A stretch of 64,000 nt of DNA from Trichoplax adhaerens (Eukaryota; Animalia; Placozoa): positions 1,139,983 to 1,203,982 of the forward strand of contig NW_002060948.1 in the NCBI RefSeq assembly GCF_000150275.1, in the 5' to 3' direction. Below are positions 1-15,999 of the stretch, one piece after another. How positions within the stretch are numbered: position 1 is the first letter of the stretch; each line of letters begins with the position of its first letter. The notes below the pieces were generated by a model. The model searched no databases. It saw only the letters and a list, made by a program, of their open reading frames with translations, and had not been told where the DNA came from. The position numbers and the translations under genes were made by a program.

Positions 1-82
1 TGTTAGCTCAATTTCAAATTATTCAATTGCTTTAACACCTCATAAAGGATAATCTCATGATTGATCCTTATTCTAATTCTAG

Positions 83-3000
83 GAAAAAGACGCCAGAATT
101 ATTATTGCAAGTTTCTACGAAGATACTGGAAGGAAGGTCATATGCGAAGTAAGTAAAACTGTCTAAAATTCGATTTCTAATGCAACTTTGAGTCGGTTAC
201 TAGATAGTATAAAGCTTTAAATTGATTCTAAATTTCCATCTTGAATAATCATACAAACGACTATTGAAATAGTAACTGATAATCATTGTGAGGGTATAGC
301 ATTCATTTCTAGGTAACATACTCGAATATTCTCTGTTTCGTAGTCTTACAAAGACTGCTGTAGTTTACTATAATAATCTGTTACAAATGACTCTGAAATT
401 TGTTAAATCAACACAGATTACATATATAATATTTACTACTAGTAGATATTAATGAATGACCGTAATCTAAGTCACAGTAAAATATATCCATCAATGTAAG
501 CTATTCTGTTAGATTTTTATAAATAATTATGAAATTTATCAAATCAACAAAGTTTATGTATTAAATAATTATGTACAGTAGATACTAATAAATCTCAGTA
601 ATTTAAATTATAATGAGACATATCCATCAATATTAGTTATGACTAGTATTAGTGTATCTAATCGAATGGACATCGATTCCTACTATTAAAAAATTATATT
701 ACAAGAATTGCACCATGATCGACCCTTTTCCATTTCTTACGCATTTTGTCTTGCAATTGACTTGAAATTAGGCTTACCATCATGGTTTATTCGGTGCCAA
801 ATATGTTTGGATTTTAATCGGATGGTTAGAAGTGAATTGGTGGGATGTAGCGGTAACGGTTTCATCTGGTCAGTGTACTCGAGAACAAATGCGTGAAGTA
901 ATTACAGGCCAGATTGCAATTGATTTAACCTATGTACGCAAAGATGATAAGAGAGCAATTTCTGGCCAGGTGATGAAGGATGGAAAAGCAATTTTAACTT
1001 GCAATTTATCTCTAATTCTTGCATAATTCTATTAAATGATCGATTTTTTAACGATAGTATAACTACAAGGAATTTAACGAATTTAAATATTAGCTTTTCT
1101 GAAATTATAGATGTATACGATCATTCACTGATAGTAGTATAACGTAATAGATGTTGATAATCTTTGCCATGATTGACATAAAGGGTAGATTTTATCTAAA
1201 TTATCATTGCCGTAAGATATGCCAGACTAACAAATTTAAATATCAATCTCACTGGAGAATCATTGCCACAAACTGATTTACTCATTAGTGGTCCTACTAT
1301 CTATCTCTAGACCGCATCAGAATTTACGCAAGCCTATTCTGAATTAGTACCTAATGTTAACAAACGCGATCTCTACGCTGCTTTTGCCTATGATGCTGTT
1401 TACGCTATCGCCTTAGCTCTAAATCAGAGTGAAGTAGATCTAGTCAAGTATAACAAAACTTTGAGCGATTTCACTTATAACGATCTTCAAATGGCCCGAA
1501 TATTTAGAACGAATATGCAAAATTTACTATTTGAAGGCATTTCTGTAAGTGTACTTGATAATTATCAAAAAATGATTTGTATTCACTTATACAGCAAGAA
1601 TAAGGTATCAAATTTATTTAACATGTTCAATTAAGTTATTAATGAACTATTTATTACAGGGGACAGTTAGTTTTACAGCCAAAGGTACTCGAATTGGTAC
1701 TATCGTCTATCAACAAATGCAAAGTAAGAAATTTTAGCCTCTATAGGTCTTATTATGATGATATATTAATTATTGGCTCACTCTCCTTATGTCTTATTGG
1801 ATTGAAAATGGGAAACCTATAACGCCTGTTATTGAATTATTTTTTATCCCATTGCTATATCTTGCATACTTTCCTTTATTTTAGTACAGTAGGTATCTAA
1901 CATTGAAACTGTTTATAAATATAAACATTTACTCGTATTTCCTTTACTTCCAAATCGTTTAACAGAAGATGACTGGAACTTGCACTCATGCTCTTTTATC
2001 GTTAATATGCCATCACAGTAGTGATATATTTCATATGCATGTACCTTTTTTCCTCTAATTAAATTATAATATCGCGCTAAAATCAAGTCTATATTTATAA
2101 GTTATTTTACCCTTTCATAAATTCACCCAAAAAAAATTTAAAATTTTTTATTTTTATCGCAACTTTATAGACATAACTGGTGTTACGCAAAAAGTTAATA
2201 TTGGTATTTATGACGGCCAAGCCAAGCAGATTGCCATTAACAACGACCTAGTTCAGTGGAAGAGTATGTCTTTTGAAATATAGCAGTTTTGAAGCAGAAA
2301 TTTTTATCATAATCTGGCTGATTCATAATTCGTAACTCTAGATTAAAGCTATTACAAATATTAGAATTATAAGCAACTAGGGCATAAAAATTAACCATAC
2401 TACTATTTTTTCCAGAGCTGATCAATAGCTAATAGCGAGCGATATTGCGAGTACATTATCGTTACAGTATTTTAGAAAAAGACCGAAATAGGAATTAATT
2501 TGTTGCTTCCATATGAATACGTGTATAGATTGAGATATGGATATTATTTAATTCACTATTACTAAAACAATCAATTCTTGAAAATAATTTCCGAATTATA
2601 GGCAATAGAACTCCCATTGCATCCGTTCGATATAGCTTCACTCCTTTACACATCGATTTAGCATTACTTATTTCCATGTATATTCTAGCTACTTGCGGAA
2701 TCCTTTTGGCTATTGCATTCCTGACTTTTAATATCATACTTCGACATGAAAGGTAATTCAGCATTTTACGACTTGATATTTATTTTCATCATTTAATATG
2801 TAGCTGTGGATATGCCAGTTTGAATCGGCTTTCTTAAGATTAAAATTAGCATTTCACATTGTGATGGAGGGTTCGAAGAGTCAGATAATATGGTTTTAGT
2901 TGTCATGCAGAGAATTGCACAAGGAGCTTAAGAAAAGAGGATACTTTATTGTAGATAGTAGTTAGGTACAATGTAATAATTACGGTAGATCAGCGTGCAA

Positions 3001-5054
3001 GCTGTCGTGAGTAACGTGTGAAGACTAACCAGGAAACTAATGATTTCTGAGGTGGAAAACGGGCGGTATTTATAATTTAAAGATAGAGCACATGCAGAGA
3101 ATAGGATTGTAGAATTAGATACTACATATACCACAACAGGTTACAACATATCTGATGATTGTAGCAAACAGCGAGTACTGTAATAACTAAATACAGTAGC
3201 CTATATATGAATGTGAAGTAAGCGGACTGTAGATAAGTCTAAATGTAAGAGCAATACAACATGTCTATATTTAAGAGTAGAATATAGTTACAGTATATTC
3301 TAAATACACTACACACATGAATCAAAATTTAATTTAATTCTTGATTCTACTTTATCTGTATACAACGATAATAAATATCTGTTTTTACTATAGACTAAAT
3401 TATTCAATTTACTACCAATACAACATATAGAAACTGTCTTATGCATTAAAAGACACAGTTCTCTGATCTACACTTGCCACTGTTCTTTTCAGCATATCAT
3501 ATTTTGATCTGCATATTCTCATTTCACTTTGTAAAGCTGATAGTGTAGTAAAATTCGTCAATTAGCTTTAACTACATTACTAATCTAAGCACTTGTTTAG
3601 TAATTTATAATAACATTTACATATTATCTTTGTTTCAGATTTATCAAGATGTCAAGCCCGCGAATTAATAATCTCATCGTTGTTGGTTGTAGCATGATGT
3701 ATTTCGCTATTTATGTATTCGGTTTGGATGGTAGATGGGTCTCTCAGCGAAATTTTCATGCTGTTTGTGTGGTAGATATTTTGAACTCTAATAGTACCAT
3801 TAAATTTATGGACAGTAATACATCGAATAATGACTTCATGAACGATAAAGATATAATGTTAAAATTATAGGCTCGTGGCTGGTTCCCAGTTATTGGCTTT
3901 ACCTTTATGTTCGGTTCAATCTTTGCTAAAACTTATCGTGTGCACAAAATATTTACAAGTGGCAAAGCTAATAAAGTGGTAAGGGCCGTTTCTGTGATAT
4001 CAGAAAGAATATTAAAGTTAATTAAAATGAAACATTATATAAATTAAATTTAAATAAATTATATAATAAATTATATAAATATATAAATATAATTATATAA
4101 TAAACTGTATAAATTAAATTTAATACAAATGATTTAATTTTCGATTGATGCCTGCCAGGTCATGAAGGATACTTATCTATTTGGTCTTATTGGAATATTG
4201 TTACTTATGGACATTACTATCCTAACTGCGTGGCAAATTATTGATCCAATGTACTTGAAAATTCTTAATTTAACAGCTGAGGTAGGACGCTTTATAACTT
4301 GATTAGAATTTCCATCATTTATCAGAGTAGATTATTCCGTACATTTATCCTGTTATATAACAGTAACTAATTAAAAATCGCCAAGATACTGTACTACAGG
4401 ATGGACTATACTCACAAATTTATTCTATACTTTAAACCATTAGAGTTCTCCGAATCAAGATGTGGTCCGCTTACCTCAAATTTGGCTATGTGATAGTAAT
4501 AATAAAGTTACCTGGTTGATTGCCTTATTCGTATTGAAAGGCACAGTTGTCATGGTTGCAGTTTTTTTCGCATGGGAAACGCGTAAAGTAACAGTTGCTG
4601 CCCTAAATGATTCTCAGTATATTGGCATGGCAGTTTACAACGTAGTTATTCTAGGTATTGTTGGCGTACCAGTTATTATTATTCTAGCTGATCAGATTAA
4701 CCCGACCTTCGCATTAACCAGTGGCTTTATCGTATTTGGCAATACTGTTGTATTATGCTTAGTATTTGTGCCAAAAGTAAGTAACTGCATTCTCAATATG
4801 ACTTGCATTCTGTAGGGTGTTCAAGTTATCAATAATAGTGCGTCAATATATATGACATATGTTACAGATAAATATATGAATACCAATTACATAGAGTATT
4901 AAATCGTTTAATAATTCTTTCTTGATAGATATTGGAGTATCGGAATAATCCAGCAAGAAACACAATCCACCTAGCAAGATCGCGTGAATCGACGTTATCC
5001 ATTACTAAAGTAGCCCCATCGGCATTTCCTTCTGAAATGGAGTCGTCAACTTAA
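83..5054 (+). CDS. GABA-B-receptor-like class C GPCR, paralog 1 (5'-truncated by the window; 11 exons in view)
   Basis: GT-AG exons at 83-148, 772-969, 1311-1544, 1660-1723, 2171-2263, 2602-2752, 3639-3771, 3871-3978, 4159-4281, 4444-4776 and 4929-5054 splice in frame. Translation shows GABA-B hallmarks: DARIIIASFYE..VICEAYH..KYVWILIGW, FAYDAVYAIALALN, IKMSSPRINNLIVVGC, FAKTYRVHKIF, AWETRKVTVAALNDSQYIGMAVYNVV and LVFVPK. Stop TAA at 5052-5054. Confidence 0.93.
385..640. repeat. Degenerate direct duplication (~137 bp x2) in an intron of paralog 1
   Basis: tgaaatttgttaaatcaaca...agtagatattaat...atatccatcaat (~393-496) recurs as tgaaatttatcaaatcaaca...agtagatactaat...atatccatcaat (~530-631). 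Confidence 0.7.
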
Positions 5055-8000
5055 ATTCAAAAATAGCTAGTGATAATTTAAACTGGTTACAATTACGATT
5101 GCCTATTGTTAAACATGATTAATTATAGACCTAAATTTTTATTAAAGCCTGAAAATTAACAACGAAAAATATACCAGTAGGAATAGTATATTTTAAGATT
5201 ACTAGAGGGGATTATTCTATACTACTAGACGACAAGATATTCGTATAACTATATCGAACATATACTAAAACGGTTATTGGTGATAGCATATATCATTTAT
5301 CATCAATAACTGTCATTATACTGTAACCTAATTACTGAACATATTATTCATTCAAATATTTATGATTGCTAATAACATTTAAGTAATTGGCGATAAATTC
5401 TATCTTATCAATTAATTAATTTACATATACGAGTAATATATATAATATCATACAAGAATTTTGAATCGTCGATTGTCAGTATTTAAGATTGTACTGCTAA
5501 ATGCCAGCAATTTTAATTTCATTTATGCAGATATATATATATATATATATACAAGCATATATTTATTTTATATTAAACTGTCACAAATCTCCTCTGCGAC
5601 ACTTGTACTATCGAGGCTAGCAACTACTAACCTACTTACTGTCACCGACTATTCTTCAAACTAACTCTTGATGAATAGTACAGATTAAGACTAACTTTCT
5701 TAATCACAGTGAGAGACTATTTGATAGCGTTTAGAGTTACTTTATTATTTATCAGCTCAGATCACTAACTAGATCAACTGTAAAAACTCTCTATGTGTTT
5801 GGGCCTGACCCTTTATATATCTTTTCAGTGTTTTATCCTTGTTAGCCGGTACTCATTTTATTCTCGTAGTAGATGACTACACTATGATAGAAATAAAACA
5901 GTGTAATAACATCATCATTACATGTAAGACTAGCTTTCCTAAATTTTATCTATTTTATAGGATATTAAGCTTGTAACGGATCATATGCTGTTTGAGGATA
6001 TCATTCTATTACCCACAGATCTAAACTATTCATGTAGGTTTAACCGGAACAATATCACGACAATTGATGTTATACTAATAAATCAAAGATTAAACTAATC
6101 TGCTAATAACAAGCAGCCGTAATATAAGAGTGTTACTGTATCGTTAGTATTATAAAGTATAAATTTTATAATTTTGGACGTTAAAATGTACTTAAGTAAA
6201 AATAGGTCTTAAAATAGGACATTTATGTTTTTAGAAGATCCTTATGTATTTGCTAATATACCGATACCGTACTGATATTAAAGTTAGTAAAATTATTATT
6301 AGAGTATTTTCATGTTATGATTATGATTACATGTTTAATGTTATAGTCGCTGAACGTTGTTCTAGACAAGAGCCTTAGAAAAAGTAGGATAACGTAGGAA
6401 AATCTGGTTACATATTTATTAGGGTGATGAATACTAAATTAAGAGATAGAGATAGCAATAATAACATGTTTATGCATAGACGTTTCTATACAACCAGACT
6501 TTTCTATTAATATAAAGATGACTGTTGTAACGACTTTAGTTCAAAACTTGATTTTGTGTCTTAAGTTTACTCATGTTCTTTTTGTCCCAACTAATGAGTT
6601 GTGACAAAGAGATAAGACTTTCACCTTATTTCAATATTATAAAAAATACAATAAGCTTTGTTTCTTGCTTTATAATTATTAACAACAAGACAATCTACTT
6701 TAGCCTATACTGTCTTATGTACCTGTTTGTAAAATAACAGTTCTCGATTAATCACCCTACTGATATTCCAAGCATTAAATCAAACTGTTTAATAGTGTTC
6801 GCTTCCTATACAGCTCCATAATTACTAAAGGCATTATTCAGTAAATGAATTAGAGGATCATAGGTGCTTTCACTATTTTACTTGATTATAGTATGAATTT
6901 TAAGCTTAACCACTATATAAGTTATATTAGAACCTTATATTATTAAAAATCGCGGTCCAATTCATATTTTATTCTTAGCATATGTTCCAAATAGTTAATC
7001 AAGTAAGTTGACTTACATTATGTCCTTAAACACTTGCGTTTAGAGTCTTTACTAGTAGAAATTAAGCCTAATTCTCAAATAATATCGGGGTATAATTCAC
7101 TGTTCTCAGTAAAAACTAACGCAGTAATCTAGGTATTTAATGAAACTAATATTATAGCTATCTGTTTTTAACAATAATTATAAAATGAAACATTATTACA
7201 TTAATGTATGAGATGAGATAGATATTCCTTGAGTCTATCATGTATCAGTGGATAATTAGCAAGAATATCCAAAAATTTCAATATTTCTGATCATATAGCT
7301 TCAAATTGTATATACATCAATAATTGACAGCAGTATTTAAATCAGCTGATTAAGTATCATTAATTTCCCGAGAATTGAAGTTAATCAAGTTTATGTATTA
7401 CAATATTTTAAAATAGGCTTTCAACAAATAGACGTTGCAATTTTCTCAAACTGTCTAGGAATTGTATTACTGCTCTGACGCTTCAGATTAAAACAATTTG
7501 TACAATTTTTATTGAGGACTATCTTGCTACTCTATTATATGATTTATGAATTCTATTGGATAATATTATGCATCAATAATAGGAAAACAATAGTTATCTA
7601 GCTTCAGAATCTCGATAATTGTAGTGAAGATTTCCTTAAAGTTTACGATACGAAAAACAGCAATATCTCAGAATCCAATAACTTAAATCAATTATTTTTA
7701 GGCTACGTTTTGCTTAGCTTCTGCCGGTAGGGTGTATTCTACCGGACAATATGAAGATTAAAATATAATTTTGGTAGCATTATAAAGTATAGTACCAAAT
7801 CGAAACCAATTCCATAATTTTTTGCACATAGCAGCAAGTTTTTGTCATTTTACAATTTATTAAAGATTATCTTTATAATTAGCCACCTTTTCACAAATTA
7901 ACAGAGAAAATTCTATCGAAAGCCTATAAAATTTAATGAAGTATCCCGGTTTAATCATTCAACTATCAGATCATTTCTCTTTCATATAGAAAGTGACCCA

Positions 8001-11000
8001 GACCATTCTCTTACTTCTAAAAAATTACTTCAATATGTATCAGTTACAATTTGTTCTAAAATAGACTATAATTATACAGGAAACCAATCGATAACCTGGC
8101 AGATTTGTTATGACAATTTAGTGATAAAATTAAACAATAAAAATGATTAATGAAGATAATTGCGATATATAAAAGTAAATGATTGCTACAACCAGATTTT
8201 TAATAGATCTTTCTCTTGAATATTTAATTCTACTAATAATGAATTACGTGAACGGATATTGTCCACACAAGAATTCACAAACAAAGATAGAATGACAAGT
8301 AAAGTCTAATAATCAGCTGGTAAACGACAGATTAAATAGATGAAGTTATCTTTCCAGCTGCTACATCAGTGGATACTGTTAACTTTCTACGAAGTAAGTA
8401 ATTAATAAGAAAGGAAAAGGGATCTAAATTTACGATAGATTATCCATGATTGAATTTATTGGGCCATAATTTAACGATTACATTATTATTACAAAACTAT
8501 GGTTGTTTGCTATAGTAATTTCCTACATGGTAATTATCTAATCGGAATGGCTGAGAATTTTTTTCATAGATTATCTCAGGTTTAATATGTTGTATCCTGA
8601 TTTGATGACTATCTCATTAATACAAAACAGAGATTTAAGTGACTTTGAAATAGACCAAGTCATGAAGAGTTTGTGATTTAAGCCAATAGTATTAGCTTAT
8701 CAACAATCATGCAATATTTTTGACTATGATTGGCATCGCATCTTGCACAGCTGTAAATTAATCTACTAACAAAGTAGGTGGAGCCAATATAATTGATAAC
8801 ATTATTTTAGAATAACGGTTTCTAAATGATGATAAAAGATAAAAGTTATTTACAATTATCCTCTCGTTGTAATACTCAGTTAGCTGTTGTTTTTCATCAA
8901 TAACAAACTAAATTTTATATTATTAATGGACGAGAATATTGAGGAAGAAAAAAATACCTACCAATACAAAATTATATCAATATGCTCATACGTATTGATA
9001 AGATCGTCAATGATGTAGGTAATCTATAAAATAATAAGTAAACATCTAGGACGACAGGTACGGGTCATAGATCAGCTCATGCAGGTTTATTGCAGTTACA
9101 TATCTGCCATGAATCGATATATAATTTCGTTATTTTATCATTTCACAAAATTTTGACAGCGACGCTAATATAATATTATAATTCAGCTTAATAGTTTCAA
9201 AAAATTTTAAAGTAACAGTATACAAAATTATCAAGAGGACATTTACAAAGGCATCTAGTCAAGCGTATTTTATAATTACTTTTAAATAATGATACAGAAT
9301 AACTTAGGACCTTAGTTCTTTATAAGTCATTAATGATTACAGCCTGTTACTTAACCGTGACGGAAATAGACATTAATTTTAAAATAGAAATTGTGTGGTA
9401 GATAGGCTAAACTCATTTTACCAAGTAACCGTAATAATGTGATTAACAATCTAAATTGTTATTTATATATTATTCCCTTACAGTCCCGAGTAGGCTGTTA
9501 TGCTTAATTCGATAAAATTAATAACATTTCTGGTATGCTCTATGAAATTAATGGTATGAATTCTATCTTATAATTTAGCACGGCATAATTATTTAATTTA
9601 TTGAGTAAATTAAACTCTTTTTCTGCCTCAGCTGTGCAATTAGTTTATTACTTAATGGTCTTGTTTATTGTATACTATGACGTACTGCTAAGCTGTATCT
9701 AACTATATTTGCAAGCGATTGAAGAGTATTTTGATGTAGAGTTAAAATTTCAAGATGAGAAAGATTAGATAAAAAATTTCATATCACAATTTATTCACAA
9801 TTCTGCCACAAAACGATTACATGTACAGCAGTGAATTTTTTCACATAGCGCTTTGTAACATTTGTATTCTAATTATATCTAATTCATCGTATTTTTTATT
9901 ATACATGTATACGAATTAAACAGAAGATTGAATATACAGACAATGTAAATCCTTAGGGAATTTGATTAATCAATTTACGGACAATTCAATTTAGAATACA
10001 ATTTATTACCATAGTTGCAAGAATAACATAACGAATATTAGCTATGATTGAGCAGTAATCGTAAGGAAAGATGCTAGCTTTCTACTGCAGAAAATGATTT
10101 AATATTGAGATAATGTCTTTTTTTAATTCACAACAGCAAACTTAGTTAGAGAAATTACTAAAGCTACGTTCTATTGATCAAAATGATCTTGGTTTATATA
10201 ATTAGGCTATGGCATGAAAAAATGAAAGTTCATAAATGAAAGTATATTTACAAATTTAAGTAGTCATCTTGACTACGCTAGCTAGTACTACAATAGAGAA
10301 AGTTGTCGGCTAAATAATGGAAGATTACACTTTACCTACGCTAATCGATTCTTCTAGTACTTGTAGGGCCGAGAGTTTAGTACTTAAGTTAAATTCTTAA
10401 TTAAGTATAGAATTACTAATATGCACTACCGTAGGCTATAATACTTGCGTAGTTTAATGTGATTAGTTGCTCGTACCCCGGCAAAATATGGTAATTCAAT
10501 GCACGTGCTTAGCGCGTGGAAGCGTGATAACGTTACTACCATTACTAAATAGGTCATGCGCTAGGATTTACAAGCGTATGCAACGAGTAGATTGGAAGTT
10601 CTTCTTGTTCATAGTTTGTTGTAAACACAGCTACGGTTGGTTTTTTATTGTAATAAAGCTTAATTCAGGTATTTAATCCAGTTAGACTGATTTATTGTGG
10701 ACCCTTAAGAATTGACTTACTACAGTACTATACAATTTAGGGTTCATTTCTTAATAAAAAAGTGAATATAGCAAAGGTATATAAGAAATGGTAGGCACAA
10801 AGAGACTACTACAATATAATATGGTACTATAGTTAATTCCATACTTGAAATTCTTATTACAGGTGGACAATGATTTTGGCAGTTGCAACTTAATTTACTT
10901 CATAGAATTCGACTTAATCTATCAACTTCATTATAGTTGTTGTACATTTTGACGATATGGAGACTATTTTCATTGAAGGAGAATATCCTGATATTTTCAT

Positions 11001-14000
11001 TGACTATTCCATCAAGTAAATTACGAAATTCTCTAAAATGTATATCAGTTATGTGAACACTTGTTATTGTAAAATTTATAATCTATAAGTATAATCACAT
11101 CATCTAGATCTGATTATGGGTACAGTCTGTACACATGTTTCCGGTTGTGAGGGAATGAGCAAAATCTAAATTAAAAAGACAAAAAATTTATTTTCAAAAT
11201 GTACTAGTGGTCTAGTGGATCATCATAATCTATCCTGAGAATCCATGATGCAAAGCTGTTTGCTGGGATGAGCCGTTATTCAGATATGAGGAACTTCCTA
11301 TAACATTTTAAGATCGTACTGTTTCTGTTAAATTTTCCAAGGTAACCATCCACTACGTTAATAACCATTAATTGAATCAATTGGTGCATCTTATGGCAAT
11401 AGTTAATAATCGGGTTGCAAAGTTCATATTTATTTATTCTTTCTTATCCATTTATTTCTATATTCTTACTAATTATTAGTGGGCATTTATACTTACGTAT
11501 GATCTCATTTAATTGGAAAGAATATCATACTTTATCAAGAATAACATTCGATTCAAACATGATCATTTGCACAAGTAATCTCCACAGCAATATGAAAAAT
11601 TATAAATATCTGTTCTATTATATACTACAGTTATTCTTGTCATATAGTACATACGTTACTTATTAAAAAATTTTCTCTTCTTTTAATTTATAAGTGTAAA
11701 TAAATCTGAGCTAAAACGCTTTGATTTTAAGATCAGATATAGTTAATAATTTTCATCAGAACTGTTTAATTCTGATGAAAATATCAGTAGCAAGTTATTC
11801 CAAAATCAAGCATTATATCAAACAGTATGCAATGTAGTAGAACGTGAATTTAAATTTTTTGTTGACTTCAAATGCATGCTGTAGACTTTATATAATAAAA
11901 TATAATTATTACTTATTTAAGGCTACTGATAGACATTTTAACTGTATCTATAATGGAAGAGAAATACATATTAAGCCATTTTAATATTATAGTAAGCGGT
12001 ACTGAAACAATGAATACAGCGAGCATTAATATCAAAAACGAAAGTCTTTATTCGTGGAAATGTCTTCTAATTAACAAAAATGAACACCTTCATTTCGAAA
12101 TCAAATATCATTTATTGATATTTCAGCTATATATTGTTTTTCACTTAATAGCTACTGGTACTTGACAACAGATATTAATGATATTCCGTAAACAATACTG
12201 ATATAATAGCGAATTGTTAAATAAAAATAACATATATCGTTATTAAAATGATAAAAAAAACTTCCAAAATTGAATGTTATCATTATCGTTCAAAAAATTT
12301 CGATATTTTGTCCTCAGCTCGAAATTATATTACTCTATATTTTTGATATTTTCAGAATAACCATCATAAAATTATCTAGCTACTACTTAAAGATAGATAT
12401 TAGATGTGCTAAAGTTAATTTAGAAACTGCTTTCAACTGCAGCTAAGCATAGATACGAGTTTTCTCTAGAATCAAAATTATAGACCTTATTATAGTAAAC
12501 AGTGACTTGTTTATAAACTTTTAAACTTTGTTTATGAGTCTCTACAAGAGTGTATCAGTTGAAAAAGGTATCACATATTCTTAATCCTGAATATATTTAA
12601 CCTTAAATCTAAATTTTAAACCATTAGAGCATTTACATTAGAGCAGATTAATCTATAAGATTACAATCAGATCGTCGATCTCTTTTACAAATTGGGTAAT
12701 TAACTGACTTACGCACACTAGCCCTAAAATAGGTAGTTTTACAATTACAACTTTTACTAATAATCTTAAGCTTATGTGTTATCTGTAGTGAAGCAATGTA
12801 AGAAATCAAGATTTTAAACTTATGCAAAATTTTGATTCTACATCACGCATCTAGTCTGTTTAGTATATCCTTGACACCGAATTAAATCGGCAAAGCAGCC
12901 GAGCAACGATTCACTAAATTTTATGTTATCAATAAATATCGCAGTGTGGGTACTATGACAGTATACTACCAACATAACCATTTAATATTATCATAACATT
13001 GGTTGTAGCTAATGTATAAATTGAAAAATTACAACTACTCGGTCAGCTATATTAAGTAATCGCATGGTCATTAATAGACTTATAATTCTCTACGACCCTA
13101 GTGACAGATGACATCATTAGTGTAATTAGTATAAACGAAAAAGACTATATGCTTATTTTTTAACAATGCATGTCAATATAAGTTGTATGATACCATCATA
13201 GTGATGATAATTAACGGATAATTGTTATAAATAGTTTCTAGTTGATCGGTTATGATCAATAAACATAGAATAACGATATTCTTCAACACCTTAATTGTAA
13301 ACAATATGATTACATAAGACGACAGTTATTCTTAGTACATAAAATTAAATATTCCATCTGTCGATTTAATTGTTAGCATTTTAAATAATAAGCATCCGTA
13401 GTTGTTACTATTATAAATGCACGTAAAATTTATGTGCTGAGCTATAGCATATTCCAGAAAGAGGCCTTAGATCTCATATTCCACCACAACAAAAGTATTA
13501 GCGGTATTTTTAAGTGCAAATACAGCTAGCAGTAAGTACTTGCTAAACAGAATATGTAAAATTAAATTACAAGGAGTTATGCCAGTTAAAGTGCTTTAAG
13601 GAATGATTTATTTTACTTAAGTCATTGACTTCACCTTAAAAGCTTATATGTAGTATCATACTAGATTTTAAATTATTTATGATGATTTAGAATTAACTGA
13701 CGTTCATTTACTATAAGGGCTCTACCAAATATTCTGTTAAGTATAGATTGCGACGGAAATGTGAACAATTATATCAATCTCTGATGATTTATCGAAATAA
13801 TGATCATTATAAATCAAATATTGACATACGAGTGATAAGGAGCCCATCATATCAATTTAAATATTAAAACGAGAAAATATTGTCGCTGTTTATTCTTCAA
13901 CATAACAATTATTTGCTTTCATAATCTTATAACCTTTAATTGATATCATAATGTGAAAAACCTTGTCTTCGCTATAATTACAAGCTCTGATAGACAAGTA

Positions 14001-15999
14001 TCAACGTAATCGGTGTAATAAGATTCATCCTTCTGAAGATTATTTGTATGACAATACTGCTGTACTTGGAGTGCATTTTATCGCTTGGCTGGGAGTAAAA
14101 TGTATTTATAATCTTTGAAACTTGAATAGTAACCTTGGCTTTAAATCTAGTCCTATCAGGATAGGTAGAAATATAGTATTAATCAATTCTATCAGGTTAT
14201 TAACCAGTCTAATCGTAAATAATCAGTTCATTTATCTTATTAACTTTTTTTATGATTTTTGATATCATGTTCGATACCATTGAAACACATACATATATTT
14301 ATAGTTTATAATATTATAGAGCGTAATATGAATAATCAGTTATCATTGTTATATTTAATTAAAATAACATAAAATTGAGATACAAGATTAGGAAAACGCA
14401 TACTACGAGTGCAACTTGACGGGATGTGCTAGACAACTATTATCGTAATACTCCAATCTGTATAGTACTGAATAATATTTAGTTCAAGAACTATGAAATG
14501 GAGAAATAGTTTCAAGTCTTTTGTCTTATACTGCTTCTCACATTGCAATATTGCCCATGATCTCACTATTTATGCACTAGTAGAATAAGAACAGCATTTG
14601 CAAGCCCTATTTGAAATTTTTATACGACTAAATGCAGCTGCAGCAGCTTTTAAAGGTAGTCCATGTTCACTTGATGCAAAGAAAAACTTAAACCATTGTT
14701 ATCACGATGAAATATTAAGAACTTCACTACTCGTGAAAGGTATACGAGTATATTATTAACAGCGAGGAGTAAAAGACTGATTAAGAATGATTTTATTAGC
14801 AAAAAATCTATCTATGTAAGCAATTACTGTATTCAAATGGTCATTACTCTTATTTATTAATTAATATAGGACAGAATGACTCCATCACTGTACTAAAAAC
14901 ACCGAATACTTCATTAAACGTAGGAAAGTAATGGTTCGACTATTATGGTGGAATATCCACAAGCTCATTCAATCCATGCAGGCGATGACTCAATGATCGT
15001 GACAGAAACGCATATTAGCTGATCGCCATTAATATTCAGATAGTAATTCTGTCCGCCTTTATTGTCTCATGAAATGACAAAGTCTGGCAGGCTATCTATA
15101 ATTTTAGACGTTCTTTTAACTGAAAATGTTAGGTGATATTTATGTTTATTTTCGTGTATTTTCTAAATAAGAATAGGTCAAATAATAAAGGATTCATGCA
15201 GATGTAGAATATTAAATAAATAATTATAATTGATAACTTAATAGCTTTATCAAAAGATCACAATTGTTATTATTGTCAAATTTGCCCATCAAAGAATAAA
15301 TATGATATCCTTAGAATACCAAAATGGTTCTAATAAATATACTAGAAGATTATTTAGATAAATGGCATACTATTTTTGATTTATTAACATGAGAAAAAGG
15401 GGAGACAAAAGTATAAAGATGATAATTAAGCAATATAGAAAAAAAATTGTTAGACAGGATAGTCATTGAGGTTATACATCAATATTAACATTATAAAGAC
15501 TTTGATACATAATTATAATTAGACTATCTGATGAAAGATTGCTAGATATGATATAGGTACAGATATTTTACTTTAAAGACAGAAAGCATGATGCTATCTG
15601 GAGATGACAGATATGAACCGCCTACTGTAAAATCGAAATTAAAATAAGATAACTATCCTACAATAGGAGGTCTTAACTAAGTAAAAATGAACTATCACTG
15701 CAGGTAAAGTACACATAGATATAAATACTCGTATTACCCTTCAATAATACCATAAAGCAATCATGTAGTGGTATTTTAGAAGACGATTAGGCAGCCTGAA
15801 AGAAAATGTTATTTTAAAGTAGGTGTTAATGTTATATTATATGGTAGAGGCATGTCGCCCTCGTTCAATCTTCAAGAAAGGAAGAATACTGTATGATGAT
15901 CAAACTACTTAGAGAAAAAATTATTTCTCAGAATGAATATCACATGCATAGTAATACTTAGTTAAAAGCAAAAATGAAGCATTTAGAAATTTAATTATT

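Noticed and set aside
2495-2764. Minus-strand ORF, and similar ones at 31585-31806, 50630-50878 and 54362-54631
   Set aside because: Antisense shadows of genuine exons on the opposite strand.
4020-4135. Almost pure A/T stretch in a paralog 1 intron
   Set aside because: Simple low-complexity sequence with no defined unit.
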